DNA of 64,000 nt from Bispira polyomma. Taxonomy: Eukaryota. The notes beneath the pieces are model-generated. The model worked only from the letters and a program-made list of their open reading frames with translations. It was not told the DNA's origin and made no database searches. Of this stretch, positions 61,972 through 64,000 are shown piece by piece. Within the stretch, counting starts at the first letter, position 1. The number at the start of each line of letters is the position of its first letter. The stretch lies in assembly GCA_965649765.1 (NCBI GenBank), contig OZ287752.1:52576001-52640000 (forward strand). The letters are read 5' to 3'. The position numbers and the translations under genes are program-made.

Positions 61972-64000
61972 GGCACTGCAAAATTGCAGTGCCAGATTGC
62001 ACATCTTCTAAGGCAGAAAGAAGTAGTCAGGTTTCTGAAGAACATGGTGTCCAAACCCGTGTAAATAATGGTAAAATGTTTAAAACTAGAATTGTGTACA
62101 GTAATACATGTCTGCATGGAAGTAGCACGCACTGGAGGGCCTATTGGTTTAAAAGTAATAATGTGTCATATGCAGACGTTTTGAAAAAAACGTCCTTTTC
62201 CCACATGTGTGGTTAACAGTGATATTGTGAAAAAGTGTAATATGTTTGCAAATTGTAACAACAAAGTTTCAGATAAATCGGAGGAGTCTGATCTGGTCCA
62301 GAAAGGCCACAGCAGGTGGGGGGAAATAGGTGAGAAAACCCACACAATGCCCCCCCCCCCTTCTTTGCTAATAACAAAGAATATGTTACCACAAGGATTC
62401 CTGACCCAACCCCAACAAAGCCATCGTCACAAAACACATCACACCTTTCCAAAGGTGTTGGTCTAAACAAAGGGGATGGGGGTAGAAGTGTGAAGGAAAA
62501 CACTGGTGTACAAAAAGTCACATATAGTCATTCACAACAAAAGGCCTGGGTTTTACCCATTCAAAATAAGTTTAACCTATTAAGTGACAATAGCGACGTC
62601 CAAAAATTTTCTTTCAGTGACAATACACTCTCACAGGCCCACACACGTGTGGTACAACCAAGTATTAATCTTAAGCATAACAAAGACAAAGGCCATAGAA
62701 ATGTCACCAAAGGGGACAAGTACGACCTGGAACTACAGTTCAGGCCCAAGAACAGGGAACTAATTAAGGACACTTTTGGGGAGCCCCAATTTCAGCAATG
62801 GAATTCCCAAACCATTGACAAATTTGGCTTTATTCCATTAGGGAACGTGCATATACCTAAAACAGATAAGCATGTTCAGACTCGAGCAACACTATTGCAG
62901 CTACATAGGGAAATTAAAAAACAAAAATCCCACAATTTCATGGGCTCTCAAATCGAAATTTAATCTCAATTAAAAGCAGATGCGTGGCAAAGCTACCTAC
63001 GGGATTACTGGGATAAACAATTACCTTTCCTGATAAGGTATGGGTTCCCCCTAGATTTTAATCCACATAGTAAGCTTTCCCACACAGAGAAAAACCATCA
63101 GTCTGCCACTCAGTTTCCAGATGATGTGCGGGCGTATCTCAAAGAAGAAACCGAATTTGGGGCTTTGTTGGGGCCGTTTGATAGTGCCCCCATAAAAAAC
63201 TTACACATCTCTCCATTTATGACCAGCGAAAAGCCGGGCGCAGCCCATAGGCGAGTAATAATAGATCTCAGCTTTCCCCATGGAGAGTCTGTCAATTCAG
63301 CTGTACCAAAAGACAGGTATCTTGACACTTCATTTGCTCTGACATTACCAACAATCGATACAATCACCAATAAGATTTTAAAATTAGGCCGTGGTACTCA
63401 ATTGTATAAAATTGACGTCAGCCGCGCATTTCACCACGTCAAAATTGATCCAGCTGATTATAATTTGTTAGGCCTTAAACTGGATAAGTATTATGTAGAT
63501 TCATGTTTGCCATTCGGTTTTCGTCATGGTAGCACACTTTTTCAGCGTCTAAGTGACGCCATTAGATATATCATGAAACGCCAGGGTTATGACGTCACCA
63601 ACTACATAGATGACGTAATCGGGTATGGTGATGTCATAGAAAGCAAACGTTCTTTTGATATTCTGTATAACCTGCTTCATGAACTAGGTTTCGCGATTAG
63701 CGAGAAAAAATTGGTGCACCCAAGCACGGAAGTCACATGCCTGAGCGTCCTGGTAAATACAATAGATTTAACAGTTTCACTGCCCTCAGACAAACTAACT
63801 GAAATTAACACTCTTGTTCAAAATTGGCATGCTAGAGGTCACTGTACAAACGACAATTGCAGTATCGCGTGTCTTTCTTAACCGTATGCTAGATGCCTTG
63901 AGGTCAGTCGGTGCTAACCAAAAAATACAGCTTACCTCTGAATTTCAACAGGATGTCAACTGGTTTCGTAAATTTCTTAATGGTAAGGCTTTCTTTGAAC
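61959..64000 (+). pseudogene. E6 ORF2, RT (partial)
   Basis: RRVIIDLSFP, YKIDVSRAF, CLPFGFRHGS, TNYIDD. Confidence 0.9.

Larger units (their letters stand above)
60486..64000 (+). mobile_element. YR retrotransposon copy E6 (runs off the right edge)
   Basis: Shared 5' motif, ORF1 and RT homologous to E1 and E2. Confidence 0.9.

Overview
AT-rich, intron-containing animal (probably invertebrate) genomic DNA with two assembly gaps; no prokaryotic operons, CRISPR arrays, rRNA or tRNA genes were seen. The host content is a minus-strand tandem cluster of three paralogous tyrosine-kinase-family genes: A (first exons at 216-521, running off the left edge), B (11033-20185, nearly complete) and C (last three exons, 44825-45801). 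B lacks the alphaC Glu and has GFG in place of DFG, so it reads as a pseudokinase, and A and B appear to start just before the kinase domain. The rest is mostly nested transposable elements: six degraded Ngaro/DIRS-type tyrosine-recombinase (YR) retrotransposon copies, a young Gmr1-type Gypsy element (PR-IN-RT-RH order, tRNA-His-type PBS, ATCGG TSD) inside a PIF/Harbinger element, other Harbinger derivatives, MITEs and LINE fragments. Main discoveries: (1) the YR retrotransposon copies share a retrovirus-like expression design, with a -1 frameshift cassette between ORF1 and RT and a phase-matched splice donor/acceptor pair that would fuse the ORF1 zinc finger to the recombinase; (2) three copies of an intact type I hammerhead ribozyme at 39.5-41.4 kb, two of them 337 nt apart in tandem; (3) the apparently receptor-less pseudokinase cluster. 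All alignments and translations were done by eye; family names come from motif recognition, not database searches.
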